Notes under the pieces: generated by a model
Told to the model about the DNA's origin: nothing
The model's input: only the letters and a program-made list of their open reading frames with translations
Databases searched by the model: none
From: Tubulanus polymorphus
Taxonomy: Eukaryota; Animalia; Nemertea
NCBI RefSeq assembly: GCF_964204645.1
Contig: NC_134029.1
Span: 11,744,850-11,808,849 of the forward strand
DNA length: 64,000 bases
Reading direction: 5' to 3'
Made by a program: the position numbers and the translations under genes
Shown here: piece by piece, positions 38,891 through 51,334 of the stretch
Numbering within the stretch: the stretch's first letter is position 1
Layout of the letters: each line of letters starts with the position of its first letter

Positions 38891-39994
38891 TTATTCTTTT
38901 AATTTTACTAGATAAAATCCATTCATTAAATTTATCATCGTATCCTTTATATTTCACCAAAGAATATTTTTTTCCTTTAAGAGTTTTTGTTTTCAATACT
39001 TTTTCTATTATGTATTCTATTTCATCTGGATTTGGTAGAAGTGATAATTCTTGTTCATAGAAATAACCTAATATTTCTTCATCATTTAGATCTTCTAGTT
39101 TATAAACAAAAGGTTTAGTTAAAATTATCTTTTTAATCTTGAATATTTCTTCTGTAAAATTAGGGGTATAACCTTTATAAAATGTTTTTCTATATTTAGA
39201 TATTCTTACGTGTTGTCCAATTTTAAATTTGGTTCACCGAAATCATGTGTAACAAACGCTCCATATAAATTATTCCAAACTATTTCCGAATTATCTTCTT
39301 TTCTAGCTTGTATAGGTTTCATATTTATAGAACTATGTTTAGAATTATTATAACCTTTCACTGAATCATCTAACACATCGATATATTTATATGTTTCATT
39401 ATCAGTAAAATATTTCTACATTCTAGTTTTCAATGTTTTATTAAATCTTTCTATAATAGATGCTTTTTTATCTGAGTGTGTTGAAAAATATTCTACATCG
39501 TTATCAGATAATAGTTTTTAAAAATGTTTGTTATAAAATTCCTTACCTTCATCAAATTGTATCTTATCTGGAATAGCTTCTTTAAATATTGATTTAAAAG
39601 CATTTGTAACTTCTATTCCAGTTTTATTTTTGATTGGAATTGACCATGCGTATCTACTGAATATGTCTATAACATTCAGTATCCAGAAATATCCTTTGTT
39701 GTGTTCTTCTAAGTTCTTCATGTCAATTAAATCTGCTTGCCATTGTTGATCGATATATGAAACCATAACTTTTCTTGTTAAATAAGTTTTATCCATTTTC
39801 TTGTGGATTTGATATGTTGGTTGATTTTGTAACCATGATTTCAATTCACTATATTTTATATCACCGTGTGGGTGCCGCACGGCACCATTTTCATTATCAG
39901 ATTTAATTTTATTCCATAATTCTGAAATACTAGAATATGATACTTCACTTTCTGGGTTATAATATAAATCTCTTAAATATTGTTCTTTTTTCAT
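38883..39994 (-). pseudogene. Retroviral-like (rve) integrase with C-terminal chromodomain, frameshifted
   Basis: WQADLIDM, IDIFSRYAW, IQFDEGKEF; downstream KASIIERFNKTLK and YIIEKVLK...KGYDDKFNEW. Confidence 0.9.
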
Positions 39995-40000
39995 CTTATT

Positions 40001-40369
40001 TTAATCCATTAATAATAATCTTGGTTTATTTTCAATGACTTTATCATTTGACTTATTTTCTGGTATGATAGGTTTATTGTCATTGGAATCATCTTTATCA
40101 TCAGATTTGAATTTTGATTTATATATTACACCGGATAATATAATAACTGTTACTAATCCAATTGTAATATATAATTTATAATTACTTCCAGCATTAGAAG
40201 AATCAGATGGATTATTATTTGAATCAATATCAGATAATCTCTGTGATTCATTTATATCAGTTAATTTCTTTTTCTTAGCTTGTTTTAATTCTGAAGATCT
40301 TTTACCCAATTCTCTTGCCCATATAATTTGTTTCTCGGATCTAGGCTTCTTCTTAACGCTATCACTCAT
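40001..40369 (-). CDS. 122-aa protein with basic N-terminus and one transmembrane helix
   Basis: LYITIGLVTVIILSGVIY hydrophobic segment; TAAATG start. Confidence 0.7.
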   Translation of the reverse strand: MSDSVKKKPRSEKQIIWARELGKRSSELKQAKKKKLTDINESQRLSDIDSNNNPSDSSNAGSNYKLYITIGLVTVIILSGVIYKSKFKSDDKDDSNDNKPIIPENKSNDKVIENKPRLLLMD

Positions 40370-40964
40370 TTATTTTAGTTAATTTTTGTTCTGATTCATT
40401 TTCTGTTTCACTGTTTGGTTGTAGTACATCTGTTTCGTTCTTACCTGATTTATATTCCATAGGCTTGATGTTCGAAAATGTTATGACGCCAGTAGAAATT
40501 AATGTCATAACCGATCCTAATTGAAATGAAGCATAACCAACCCATTTTTGTAATTCAGTCATAACTAAGTAGTCATTTTTCAAATCACTATATAATTTAT
40601 TTTCATCATCAATTGGTATTAACTGGTTACATAACTGAGAATAACATTTGACAATACCATCTGAAATAGAATCATTTATTCTAGCTAATCTAGCTTCTTC
40701 ATAAATCTTAAAATATTTTATTACTTTATCGGGTTTCATAGCATCTAATTCTTGAAAAGTAATAATTCTATTTAAAAACTCCTTAGTTTTTCCACCGGCA
40801 ATCAATAGTTCTAGATGATGCTTAAAATATAAGTAGTATTCATAATCAATATTGTTATTAACTTGAATAGAATTAGAAACAACTGTATCTTTATTATCAC
40901 TAATACCCAAATCATCTAATGTTTTTTCAATATCAATACTATTCTTACTCGATTTCTTTGACAT
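40362..40964 (-). CDS. 200-aa conserved Polinton protein with C-terminal hydrophobic segment
   Basis: Intact ORF; homolog at 4008-4613; TAAATG start. Confidence 0.75.
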   Translation of the reverse strand: MSKKSSKNSIDIEKTLDDLGISDNKDTVVSNSIQVNNNIDYEYYLYFKHHLELLIAGGKTKEFLNRIITFQELDAMKPDKVIKYFKIYEEARLARINDSISDGIVKCYSQLCNQLIPIDDENKLYSDLKNDYLVMTELQKWVGYASFQLGSVMTLISTGVITFSNIKPMEYKSGKNETDVLQPNSETENESEQKLTKINE

Positions 40965-42123
40965 TTATATTACAGAAATTTAATAAGAAAAATATAATAA
41001 GTATTCTTCAAATGATACTAGTATCTCTTTAGATTAATACTAGCTTAGTTAAAGGTAAAGAATTTTAGTATTAGTTATTGTTTTTTTAGTATTTTTTTAT
41101 TTGTGATATAAAGTATTCTTTTGAAAAGAAAATATTAAAAAAACAATAACTAATACTAGCTAGTTGAAGATATGTAATTTTAAATACTTTTTATTTAAAT
41201 TAGGATTTAGATTATCTCACTACTATTGTTTATCTATTAGGAGCAGTAATTATAACTGTCCAGATAAGTCATTTCGGATTCTTGATCTCATCTAAATCCT
41301 AAAACTGAAAATAAATTCAAAGAAACGACTGGTGGAAATACTATTTTATAAACACACATATATTTTATTCTACAATCATTATCGATTTCCACATTCCAAG
41401 CCGCTCCTGAGAGGAGCGGTAAGGTATGCGTGGAATGCAGGAATCAATAAAATACAATACAACATCTGTCACTGTGTGTCATTAACAACAGCTTAATGAC
41501 GCAATTGAAATTCCGGCAAACGTAATGCATTGAAAGCCTATACAGTATGGCTAAACTGCTACAGTCTCATGAGTTGAAATATCCATTATTTCTGATTCCA
41601 CATCCATCTATCTTCACTTTCTTGATTCAATAGCCTTCATTTTGTTATCTAAAAGATAAATATCTAACGTAGAATAAAACTAACTTGAAGTTGTAGTTGT
41701 AAAATATTAATTACAGCACTTAAACATAACCATTTGTGGAGCATCTTACCAGGATAAGTTTTACATGTTTAACGTTTCCCAACGCCTTAATAACAACAAA
41801 AACAGTACTTACATTTATAACTGTAAACTCCTAAAATTGTGTTTATAGAGAGAATATCCTATACGTTCCTATGCTTATGTGCTGCGCGTTTATAACTGCC
41901 AGTTATTCACTAGCTAAACACTGTCTGGTGCAACAGATGTTCCTTCCTTTGTAATATAATTGATTAATCCTGTTCAACTGAAATAGCACATTCGATCAAT
42001 ATTCAAATGAGATACACCCTATTCAACTGAATATAACGTGCGACAGATGCTTTTGTAAACAACCTAATACAATTACATACAGGCGGTTTGACATAGATCG
42101 AGAGTAACCGGTTTTCTAAGCGT

Positions 42124-42771
42124 TTAACATTCAACGTATTTTTCATTATGTGTTGAGTTCCATAATTCAACAAATGTCTTTGCTTTATCCAGTTGATCTA
42201 AATATAACTGTATATCTAGTTTATTAGATTTAATTATGTTTTCCTTCTTTTCTAAAGGTCTTTTCCAGCTCCATATTAGCTTCTTATTGTATTCATCATT
42301 CATGTCAAATTTAGAAATCGGCAACACATGATCAATATGAAAGTATTCACCATAATTATCTATATTCATTTTATCATCGAATTGAAATATAATCCATGAT
42401 TTGAGAAATTCATCAGAACAACCCAATAGATTAGATAGTGTTTCTGAATGTGTTTCTTTGTTGAATAATTGTGTTAATCTAGATCTTAAGCATTGTTTCA
42501 GTCTAAAATTAAGATCTGTTTGATATCTTTCTCTCATATATTCTGCCATATAATAATTATAATGTTCTATATTATCTTCTCGATATTGTTTGGTATATAG
42601 TTTAGTACAAGTTTTACAGCAATATTGAAAACCATCTTTGCTAATCTTACGCTTATTAAATTCTGTTATAGCTAATTTATCTAATTCACACTTAGAACAC
42701 TTCTTGTAGTATATGTTTATGACACCAGTGTTATTTGTAATATTTTTAGTTTGTGGTTGTTCTGGTTCCAT
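42124..42771 (-). CDS. Zinc-ribbon + HNH-type endonuclease (giant-virus/phage-like)
   Basis: KKCSKC...DG.QYCCKTC; LLGCS; NYGEYFHIDHVLP; RPL...ENIIKSNK. Confidence 0.75.
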   Translation of the reverse strand: MEPEQPQTKNITNNTGVINIYYKKCSKCELDKLAITEFNKRKISKDGFQYCCKTCTKLYTKQYREDNIEHYNYYMAEYMRERYQTDLNFRLKQCLRSRLTQLFNKETHSETLSNLLGCSDEFLKSWIIFQFDDKMNIDNYGEYFHIDHVLPISKFDMNDEYNKKLIWSWKRPLEKKENIIKSNKLDIQLYLDQLDKAKTFVELWNSTHNEKYVEC

Positions 42772-42793
42772 TTATTATACATATTTTTTTACT

Positions 42794-42920
42794 AAATTGA
42801 TTTTAGAAGTTATTCATTTATATGTTATTCATGAATATATATGAATTATTTCAATAAAACTTTACTAACACTTTTAATGTTTAAAAATCTAACTCATACA
42901 AATATAAATATTGAAATATG
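42794..42920 (-). promoter_or_regulatory. Upstream module of the HNH gene, duplicated upstream of polB (62331-62440)
   Basis: Shared AAATTGATTTTAGAAGTT and ACTTTACTAACACTTTTAATGTTTAAAAATCTAACTCATACAAATAT blocks. Confidence 0.65.
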
Positions 42921-42937
42921 TTTAAAATATACCTATG

Positions 42938-43280
42938 TATTAGATACCCTATTAGATACCATATTAGATACCCTAATACCTGATACCCTATTAGATACCT
43001 TAATTACTTAAAACCCCCTTTTTAAAAATAAATATTATTTATACAATTTTCAACCAATTTATTTTTATTTTTTCAACTAATATATGAATAAGTTTGAAAA
43101 TAATAAAGGTTATTTATTATTACTGAGGTTTCAATATAAATTTAAAAAAGAAATATAATTTAAGGTATTTTCAAATAATACGTATTAGATATGTATTAGA
43201 TATGTATTAAATACGTATTACATACCTTAATACTTAAAACCCCCTTTTTTATTTACTATTATTTTATACAATTTTCAACC
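42938..43280. repeat. Two intergenic arrays of TATTAGATAC-type units, each followed by ACTTAAAACCCCCTTTTT
   Basis: Arrays at ~42938-43055 and ~43178-43280. Confidence 0.7.
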
Positions 43281-44101
43281 TTTATTACTTTTGAGTGTTA
43301 GATAATTACTTTCTGAATCACTTTCATCATCACTCTCCAATTCATCATCAGACCCTAACAATTTATTCAAATGCTCTACCGTATCTTCATAAATAATTGG
43401 TTTATTGATATACTTATTAGTCATCTCAACTATATCTTTATTTTCTGATTTAAGTTTCATAGAATCTTTAGTATCAATGCGCTTTCCTGTATTTTCATTA
43501 TTATCTTTATTAGTGTTTGCTCCTAATATTTCATTTACAATGTTTGATTCTAATTTAATAGCATCGATTAAATCTAATTCATCTTTATTAGGCGTTGCTA
43601 ATAATAAATCTTTATATAAATCGTTACCATTTACTTTTTGATTTGAAACAAACTTTGTAACATATCTAAATGGGTGTTCTATAAATTCTCTTAAACCAAC
43701 ACGTTTTATAACATTAGTAATATGTGAATTTGTATTCATATGATTATTCCAATTTGATGGAGCGTTTGAAAATTCACCTTTACAATAATCACAATAATTT
43801 CTATTTTCACTAACATTTAATATTATTGCATTATTAGATGTAGAAGGTATTACATTATTAGATGTAGAAGGTATTGCATTATTAGATGTAGAAGGTATTA
43901 CATTATTAGATGTAGAAGGTATTACATTATTATCAATTACATTACTTAAATTATCAACAACACCACTTTTATTATTATCGATTTCTATTAGTTTAGTTTT
44001 ATAAATTTTGAAAATAGGATCAAATATCAAAGCTATATTACAAGGTATTACATAATATAAACCATCATTATTTTCATGTGTATCGATGTATGGAATATGT
44101 T

Positions 44102-44690
44102 TGTAGCGGGCTTATTTTCCTAACCGTTTGGTTTTACTCTATTTTACTTTACGTCCGGTACTATGTCCGGTCCGGGACCGCAGTTTAGTGTGGAGTATAC
44201 GGGCGCGTGTTTAGAAAGTTCGTGACCTGCCCAATATATTAGTTTTACCCTCAGTTCTTGAGGCTTCACTGTCGGTGAGTGCATTCTCTATTGTTTGTTT
44301 AGGATGTATAGGCTATATTGACGTATGTTATTTCTGTGTAAATCTCCTGAGAGAGTTGTATCACTGGTTTTCGAGATTGGCACTCGCATGCCAGAGGCTG
44401 ATACCCTTAAGGTTATAGGACGTTTCCTGGTCTTACTAGACTTGATTATTCGTGAGTTGATTACTTAGTATTTTTCTTAGTGTGTTTTCATTTCTTGTCT
44501 TTTTAGTCAATCGTAGTTTACTGTTTGACGTCGGAGCTTGTGTGATGTCTATATGCAATGTAAAGAATGTGATCCGAGATTTGTACTCCTGAGTCTGAGA
44601 AGATTAAATAAACAAAAGCAGTAATAACACGCATATGACGGAAGCTAATTAGTGGTTTTATTAACTTAGTCAGAACTGAAGGATATTACA
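44102..44690 (+). repeat. 5' LTR
   Basis: TGTAGCGGG...GGATATTACA; about 7 mismatches to the 3' LTR by eye. Confidence 0.95.
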
Positions 44691-44860
44691 TTATTGACGA
44701 CAACGCCACCTAAGATGTCTGATACTGATGTATCAACAAAAGAACTGCAGAATGGATTGTCAGTGGAGGTGATGCCGATGGCTCAGAAACCGGTAAGATT
44801 GCCGACTTAAAGAAATCGGCCCTTGACGACCAGGATGATAGGCAGTCCATCCAGTCGTCC

Positions 44861-47800
44861 GTGAAAACACATGACTCTACCAAATCCAAGGCTAAGCTCG
44901 AAATAAAGCTCAAGGCACTGAAGAGACAACAAGAACTCGAGACGCGAAAGTTGCAGTTAGAGCAGGAGCAAGCCCAGCTTGACCTTCTCACCCAAATGGA
45001 ATTGGCAAGTTTAAGCGATGACGGAGATGAACGGGAAGTAAACCCGAAAGCTCCCCCATTTGAGCCAGATAAGTGCCATACACCTACGCCCCCAGGTTCG
45101 TCTACGTCGCAGGATGTCATCGCCATTGAAGGCCTGATCAACGAACTTAGAAAGCCCAAGGTGGACATCGCTAAGTTTGCCGGAGACCCGCTTCGGTATC
45201 CGAAATTCGTTCGGGAATTCACAGCGAAGGTCGTGAATTACACTAAATCTAATGCTGAGAATCTTAGTTATTTGGAGCAATATACCACCGGTGAGGCGAA
45301 CGAGGTGGTGTCGGGATTTACGTTCATGGATCCTGAGGCCGGTTACTTGGCAGCTATGACTGCGTTAAAGGAGAGATATGGTGACTCTGAGGTCATTGCG
45401 CATGCATTTATTGATAAAGCGCTTTCATGGCCCGCGATTAAACCAGACCGGCCTCGAGAATTAGATAAATTCGCGATGTTCCTTACTGAATGCAAATACG
45501 CCGTCGAGTCGCTGCAAGAAGTTAGAATTCTCGAGTACTCAGAAAATCTGAAAGGGTTAGTTTCAAAACTGCCGCGATTTCTACACGATCGATGGAGGAC
45601 GATGGTCTATTCGAACAAAGAGCGTGGTCGTTCGACAACATTTACTCAGTTAGTCGATTTCGTGCGTCGAGAGGCTCGTAAGAGTAACGACCCAGTGTAC
45701 GGTCACCAAGTATTAGATGGTGAACAAGGTAGCAAGTCTTTCGATAAGAGATACATGAAATACGATAAAGGCAAACGTGCCTATGCTACTTGTAGTACGA
45801 CGTCGGTCGGTGTCGGTAGCAGCAGCGACCCTCCCTCCCAGTGTAAACCTAAGTCCGGTTATGATAAACCATGTTTACATTGCGGTGATGAAAGGCATAA
45901 CCTACTAAATTGTGCGACGTTCGCTAACATGTCGGATTCCCAGAAAACGGAATCAATTAAGATCGCTAGACTCTGTTTCGGTTGTCTCCGTCCAAGACAC
46001 ATGAAAAAGTTCTGTAAACAACCGTTGAAATGTTTGAAATGCAATAGAAATCACGCAACGTTCATGCATTTCGAGAGACCTCTACCGCGAACAACGGCGT
46101 CTGATGAGAAAATTGGTCTATCCACGACTCGGGAGGAAACAACGAATGTAGCTTCGATAATCGGACACACCAACGATGGTTACGATTCGGGAGTTCTCGC
46201 GATTGTCCCGGTGAAAGTTGGGCTACCCAACAGCCCATACAAGGTCAGTACCTATGCGTTTTATGATGGAGGTAGTTCTGGAACACACGCAACAGAACTC
46301 ATAAAGCGAAAACTTGGAGCTACGGGACCGAAGGGCAAAATTAAATTCGACACGGTTTTCGCGCGTCATGAAGGGGATAGCTATAAAATCGGCACGCTAG
46401 TCGTCTCCGACTGGAATGAAAAAGACACGGTAAAACTGAGTAAAGTGTCTACAATGAAAGACATTCGCGTTTCAAGGTCATTTATCCCGCGTCAAGAAGA
46501 TATCGTGAAATGGCCGCACTTAGCAGACCTGGATATTCCTGACTTAGACATGGAGATCGGTCTCATTATAGGTTACAACAGTGTTGATGCATATCGGCCG
46601 ATAGAGTTGCGTCCTGGTTCCTCAGGAACACCGTTCGCTACCAAGACTAAACTTGGTTGGGTGGTTTGGGGCCTTATTAAGGACCCAGACCCACATTCGA
46701 GACCTATGTGTAACTTTATCGCTAGTTCCACGACTACGGAGAACCTAGAAAACTTAGTTGCTACGGCTATGAAATTCGACTTCCCCGAACGGCAATCCGA
46801 GGAGAAACAAGAAATGTCGGTCTTAGACAAACAGTTCATGAGTTCGATCGAAAGTTCGCTGAAGCTTAAGGACGGACACTACGAGATCGGGCTCCCACTC
46901 CGTGAAAACTGTAAATTACCGAACAATCGAAACATGGCGTTAAAGAGGCTGATGGGTGTCAAGTCGAAATTTCGAGCAGATGGAAATTACCATGATCAGT
47001 ATAAATTATTCGTGAGCGATATGATTAGGTTAGGCTACGCCGAAGTGGTTCCGGTCGAACTCAGCAATGACGAAAATGTGTGGTACTTGCCACACCACGG
47101 CGTGTACCACCCTCAAAAACCTAATAAGGTGCGCGTAGTATTCGACGCCTCAGCGAAATTTCAGGGGATTGCTTTGAATGATGTACTCTTGCAAGGCCCA
47201 GATGTCACGAATTCGTTGATTGGAGTTCTTTATCGCTTCCGCGAAGGCCAGGTGGCGCTAAAGGCCGACATCGAGAAGATGTTTTTTCAGGTACGTGTTC
47301 CCGAAAACGACCGAGATTTCTTGAGATTCTTGTGGTTCGAAGACGGTGATATAGAGAAAGGAATCGTTTGCTTGCGCATGAAAGTCCATATGTTTGGCGC
47401 CGTCAGTTCGCCAGCGTGTGCGAACATCGCCTTACAGCGTACGGCTACAGATAATGCGGCTAAATTCAGTACTGAAATCGTCAAGTCGATAGCTCGAAAC
47501 TTTTATGTCGATGATTTTCTTAAATGCCCATTCAAAATCGCCGAATCCGAAGAATTAGCCGTCAGTACACAAAACCTTTGTAGGAAAGGTGGATTCAATC
47601 TTACGAAATGGTCATCGAACAAGAGCACTGCGTTAAATAGTATTCCCCCAGATGATCGGGTTGATGAAACTAAACAAGAGGACTCAGTCTTAGGGATGAA
47701 ATGGTCCATTGTTGATGATACATTGTCATTCATTGTCAATATGAAGAACAATCCTACTACGCGGAGTGCTGTCAACAACTAGTGCGACGTATGATCCGAT

Positions 47801-50025
47801 AGGGTTTATCGCAATACTGCCGGTAAAGCTGCTATTGCAGCAGCTGACTTGTCGGAAAGCTGATTGGGATGAATGTTTAAATGACACAGAGTTGATCGAA
47901 TGGAAGAACTGGCTCACTGCGATGGAAAATGTTGACAAAGTCCGGGTAACCCGCATCTTGCGTCCGTCAGGTACTGTTAACAACGAAATTATATCATGCG
48001 AAATTCACTGTTTTTCGGATGCGAGCGAAGTCGGATATGGGTCGTCGTTGTATGCTCGACTCGAAGATAGCGATGGAAATGTCCAGTGTTCGTTGATTCT
48101 TGGTAAATCCAGGGTTGCTCCATTGAAGCGACTGTCGATTCCGCGGTTGGAGCTCACTGCAGCGGCCATGTCGGTCCGGCTGTGTAATATGATGCTGCAG
48201 GAGATCGACTTAGAAGTCACCGATATGGTTTTCTGGACTGATAGTTCCATAGTCCTATGATACATTAAAAATGAATCGAGTAGGTTTAACACATTCGTTG
48301 CGAACCGTGTCTCGTGTATTCAGCGGAGTTCAGATGTAGACAAATGGCGTCATGTTAGGTCCGCTGAAAATCCGGCTGATTTGGCATCGCGTGGCATGAC
48401 TCTCGATGAATCATGTTTGAATCGATGGCTTCATGGCCCCGAGTTTCTGAGTAAACCGAAATCGGAGTGGCCAGACACACGCGTAGGCAATAACGTTTCG
48501 CTCGACGGTGATCCAGAAGTGAAGCGTGTTACAACGATCAACACTACGTTGGCTGTAGATCTGCCGGAAGACGAGCATCCAGTTGACTGAATCCTTAGAC
48601 GTCGGTCGCAGTGGTCTCGTGTTAAACGTATATTGGCATGGGTCCAGCTAGCGGTGAAAAAGTTCAAGCGTCAGTCCTTAGATAAGTTCGAGCTCATAAC
48701 CGCTGATTTAATCGCAGCTGAACTATTGATTATTTCGCATGTTCAAAAGCAAGACTTTCCCGAAGTCTACCGTCGCTTGGAGGAAGGTCACGAGTTAAAA
48801 AAGTAGTGTAATCTTAGGAAGTTAAACAAAGATGAGGGTGTTATTAGGGTTGGTGGCCGTCTTAGTTATGCCAGTCTTGCTTATGATCAGAAACATCAAA
48901 TCTTGCTAACGAGCAGATCCAGATTAGCTACAATACTGATCGAAGACGCGCATCGTAAAGTTGGTCATCTAGGTTGCGAGAGTATTCTAGCGTACCTCAG
49001 GACACGATACTGGATGACTCATAAGCGTAAATCAATCAAAAGTTTCCGAGGGAAGTGTATCGTGTGTATCACTTCTCATAGTCCGCCTGGCAATCAGAAA
49101 ATGGCGGACTTACCGATCGAGCGTGTCACGCCAGACAAACCGGCATTCGCAAACTCCGGTGCGGACTATTTCGGGCCGATCGAAATTAAAAGCGGTCGAA
49201 GCGTGGTGAAAAGGTACGGCGTGATATTCACCTGTTTGGCTAGTCGCGCAATTCACCTCGAAGTAGCGTACTCGCTTGATAGCGACTCGTGTATAAATGA
49301 TACCAGGCGATTCATGGCAAGACGGGGAAATGTGAAATCGATAAGTGGCTGCTGATCGCGAATTGAAGGAATCCATTAAAGGCTGGAACGCCTCAGTTAT
49401 TCATGATTCATTGCTTCAGGATGGCGTCGATTGGTCCTTCAACCCCCCTGCTGGTTCGCACTTCGGGGGTGTGTGGGAAAGGCTAATCCGTTCCGTCCGC
49501 AGAGTGTTGAGATCGTTGATGAAGGAGCAAACGACACGCTTGGATGACGAGTCGTTTCACACGCTCCTATGCGAAGTGGAGAGTATTCTAAATAATCGGC
49601 CGATCACGAGAAACTCGTCAGACCCCGCGGACATGGAAGTTTTGACCCCGAACCACGTGCTGTTATATAAACCTGGTCTATGTTTACCTCCAGGTTTGTT
49701 CGTTAAGACGGACATGTTCGTAAAACGCAGGTGGCGCCAGATTCAGTATTTAGCGGACATTTTTTGGAAGCGCTGGATAGCAGAGTACATTCCTACATTG
49801 CAAGTACGTCAAAAGTGGCTAACTCAAAATCGAAATGTAGCTGTCGGAGATATAGTTTTGGTAGCAGACAGTACACCAAGAAACTCGTGGGCAATGGCTA
49901 AGGTCATTGAGGTGCTTCCGGACAAATATGGAGCAGTACGCGTAGTTCGGATTAAAACTAAAACAAATGAGTTGATCCGTCCCATAGACAAGTTGGTTTT
50001 ATTACTGGAGGTCGATGAGGAATAG
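44861..50025 (+). pseudogene. gag-pol: Bel/Pao gag-pol polyprotein (gag, zinc knuckles, protease, RT, RNase H, integrase) with frameshifts and stops
   Basis: KFAGDP..Y..F, CFGCL...H...C, YLPHHGV, KVRVVFDAS, ADIEKMF, FYVDD, FSDASEVGYG, IPRLEL, DYFGP, GGVWERL, RRWRQIQ. Confidence 0.95.
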
Positions 50026-50686
50026 TGTGTAAACCATCCATATTTAAGTTTTGATTGTTTAAATTTTTGACAGATGTATGTATGCCTAGTTGGTACAGTG
50101 GTATTGTATTATGTTCTTATTCCCTCACTCAGGGTGAGATGGTTTTGCCGTTAAGGTGTGTTCTAATCTGTGATGCTGCTGTATCCATTTAGTTTAGTAA
50201 TAGTGGTTCATTTTGCAGCAGTGGTGTATAATTGCTAGTTGTTATTTTCTACTGAGTAGTTTGCGTAAATTGTATAGGATACCATTCTTAAAAGGAGTGC
50301 GTTAGTAGTACTATCTTCCTGTATTAAGTTTTAGGTTCATTTATGAGGATGCGAACTCATATGTCATAAGGGATAAGTTGAACTCAAATATTTACGGGTC
50401 TGGTGTTCTTATTGTGTAGATGCGAAATTAACTTCAGGTTCACATGAGTTGAGTAATTTTTCGTAAGATCGAATATTCAGGTTAATTCTGTTTTAAGTCC
50501 AGTCGTGTGTGAGTTGCTCTGATGTATTTAATTTGCTTAGGTGCATATTATTTTGGTAGATGTATGCATACATTGTATATGTTATTCTGTTATAAACTTT
50601 TTGTAAAGAGTTTGCACTTTACCTCAGAGGCCCTTTTTTAGTATTGTAATGTGGTGGAGAAATTGCAATGCAATTTCGGGGGCCGG

Positions 50687-51275
50687 TGTAGCGGGCTTAT
50701 TTTCCTAACCGTTTGGTTTTACTCTATTTTACTTTACGTCCGGTACGTTGTCCGGTCCGGGACCGCAGTTTAGTGTGGAGTGTGCGGGCGCGTGTTTAGA
50801 AAGTTCGTGACCTGCCCAATATATTAGTTTTACCCTCAGTTCTTGAGGCTTCACTGTCGGTGAGTGCATTCTCTATTGTTAGTTTAGGATGTATAGGCTA
50901 TATTGACGTATGTTATTTCTGTGTAAATCTCCTGAGAGAGTTGTATCACTGGTTTTCGAGATTGGCACTCGCATGCCAGAGGCTGATACCCTTAAGGTTA
51001 TAGGACGTTTCCTGGTCTTACTAGACTTGATTATTCGTGAGTTGATTACTTAGTATTTTTCTTAGTGTGTTTTCATTTCTTGTCTTTTTAGTCAATCGTA
51101 GTTTACTGTTTGACGTCGGAGCTTGTGTGATGTCTATATGCAATGTAAAGAATGTGATCTGAGATTTGTACTCCTGAGTCTGAGAAGATTAGATAAACAA
51201 AAGCAGTAATAACACGCATATGACGGAAGCTAATTAGTGGTTTTATTAACTTAGTCAGAACTGAAGGATATTACA
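50687..51275 (+). repeat. 3' LTR
   Basis: Direct repeat of 44102-44690. Confidence 0.95.
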
Positions 51276-51334
51276 ATGTTTATATACTTTACCTCCTTCC
51301 ATTTATATAATAAATATTTATTAAAGTTAAAATT

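Larger units (their letters stand above)
44102..51275 (+). mobile_element. Full-length Bel/Pao LTR retrotransposon
   Basis: 589-bp TG...CA LTRs, 5-bp TSD ATGTT (44097-44101, 51276-51280), GGGGGCCGG tract before the 3' LTR. Confidence 0.97.
43275..51302 (-). pseudogene. 282-aa Polinton gene (8-aa NNVIPSTS repeats, matrin-type zinc finger) split by the Bel/Pao insertion
   Basis: Removing 44102-51275 and one ATGTT gives in-frame MEGGKVYKH|IPYIDTHENN...; YCDYCKGEF...HMNTNSH. Confidence 0.85.

Noticed and set aside
44710-49376. Minus-strand ORFs within the Bel/Pao element
   Set aside because: Antisense shadows of gag-pol with no recognisable motifs
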